From contig NC_086097.1 of NCBI RefSeq assembly GCF_963921235.1, positions 50,284,001 to 50,348,000 on the forward strand: a stretch of 64,000 nt of DNA. Reading direction: 5' to 3'. This document shows, one piece after another, positions 63,423 to 64,000 of the stretch; position 1 is the stretch's first letter, and every line of letters starts with the position of its first letter. Position numbers and translations under genes: made by a program. The DNA comes from Mobula hypostoma. Taxonomy: Eukaryota. The notes under the pieces were generated by a model. It was not told the DNA's origin. It worked only from the letters and a program-made list of their open reading frames with translations, and did not search any database.

Positions 63423-64000
63423 TAAATAACTTTAGTGTGTTGTACACGTCACATAATGTAGCCAGAGGATGCAAGCAGTGAAGGGAATAATTGCCCAGGA
63501 TATGGATGAGGTGACAATCAAGTGATTGCTTTGTTTTGGAATGTTGCTGAGCTCTTCTGAGTGTTGTTGGAACTGTACTTATCTTGACAACTGGAGCATC
63601 TGTTATCATGCTCCTGCTTTGTAAATGGTGGAAAGTGAATGGCAGGAGTTTAAATCACTTGCAGGATACCTGGTTCTTGACTTCCTGCTTTTACCAGAAT
63701 ATTTGTGGCTGGTCCAGCTGAGGGTGTGATTAACTTCCTGCATGTTGATGGTGGGAAGGTTGTGATGACACTGCCATTGAAGATGTGTTTGAATGTCATG
63801 AGGGTCTTGGATGCTTCATTTTCTGAGGAAGTGCAAAAGCAAATGTATCACTCCAGATGATATGTTTAATAACAGTACTGTTGACAAGGCTGCAGAGTTT
63901 AACCTCCACTGTAGTGGAATTGCTTTGCTCTGACTGTTGTTGTTTGGTGCTATGCTAGGTTATTTCCATTGCAGACTGACACCTCATTTGTTTAGACACA

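Noticed and set aside
1..64000. Prokaryotic systems (CRISPR array, retron, DGR, operons) suggested by the many RT ORFs
   Set aside because: All RT fragments carry eukaryotic non-LTR or Penelope motifs; there are no regularly spaced repeats, and the sequence has spliceosomal exon-intron structure.

Overview
Eukaryotic (vertebrate) genomic DNA, not prokaryotic. The repeat content (CR1 with 8-nt tail repeats, HE1/V-SINE, Penelope pLTRs) suggests a cartilaginous fish, probably a ray; this is an inference. The window holds one + strand spliced gene that the ORF track mostly misses. It is a CLBA1 (C14orf79, aftiphilin clathrin-binding-box)-like gene with five phase-consistent coding exons (1802-2650, 28125-28276, 36466-36592, 47241-47363, 56776-56913; 462 aa) and a GC-AG third intron. 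The introns are filled with often nested transposons: CR1, L1, Rex1/Babar-type LINEs, Tc1, hAT, Tigger/pogo and tRNA-SINEs. The most striking structure is a young Penelope-like retroelement (RT + GIY-YIG, 31290-35144). It has ~850-bp inverted arms, a 14-bp target-site duplication and a minimal hammerhead ribozyme in each arm. Several dispersed and palindromic remnants of the same ribozyme-bearing terminus occur across the window. Many TE boundaries are approximate; no database searches were possible.
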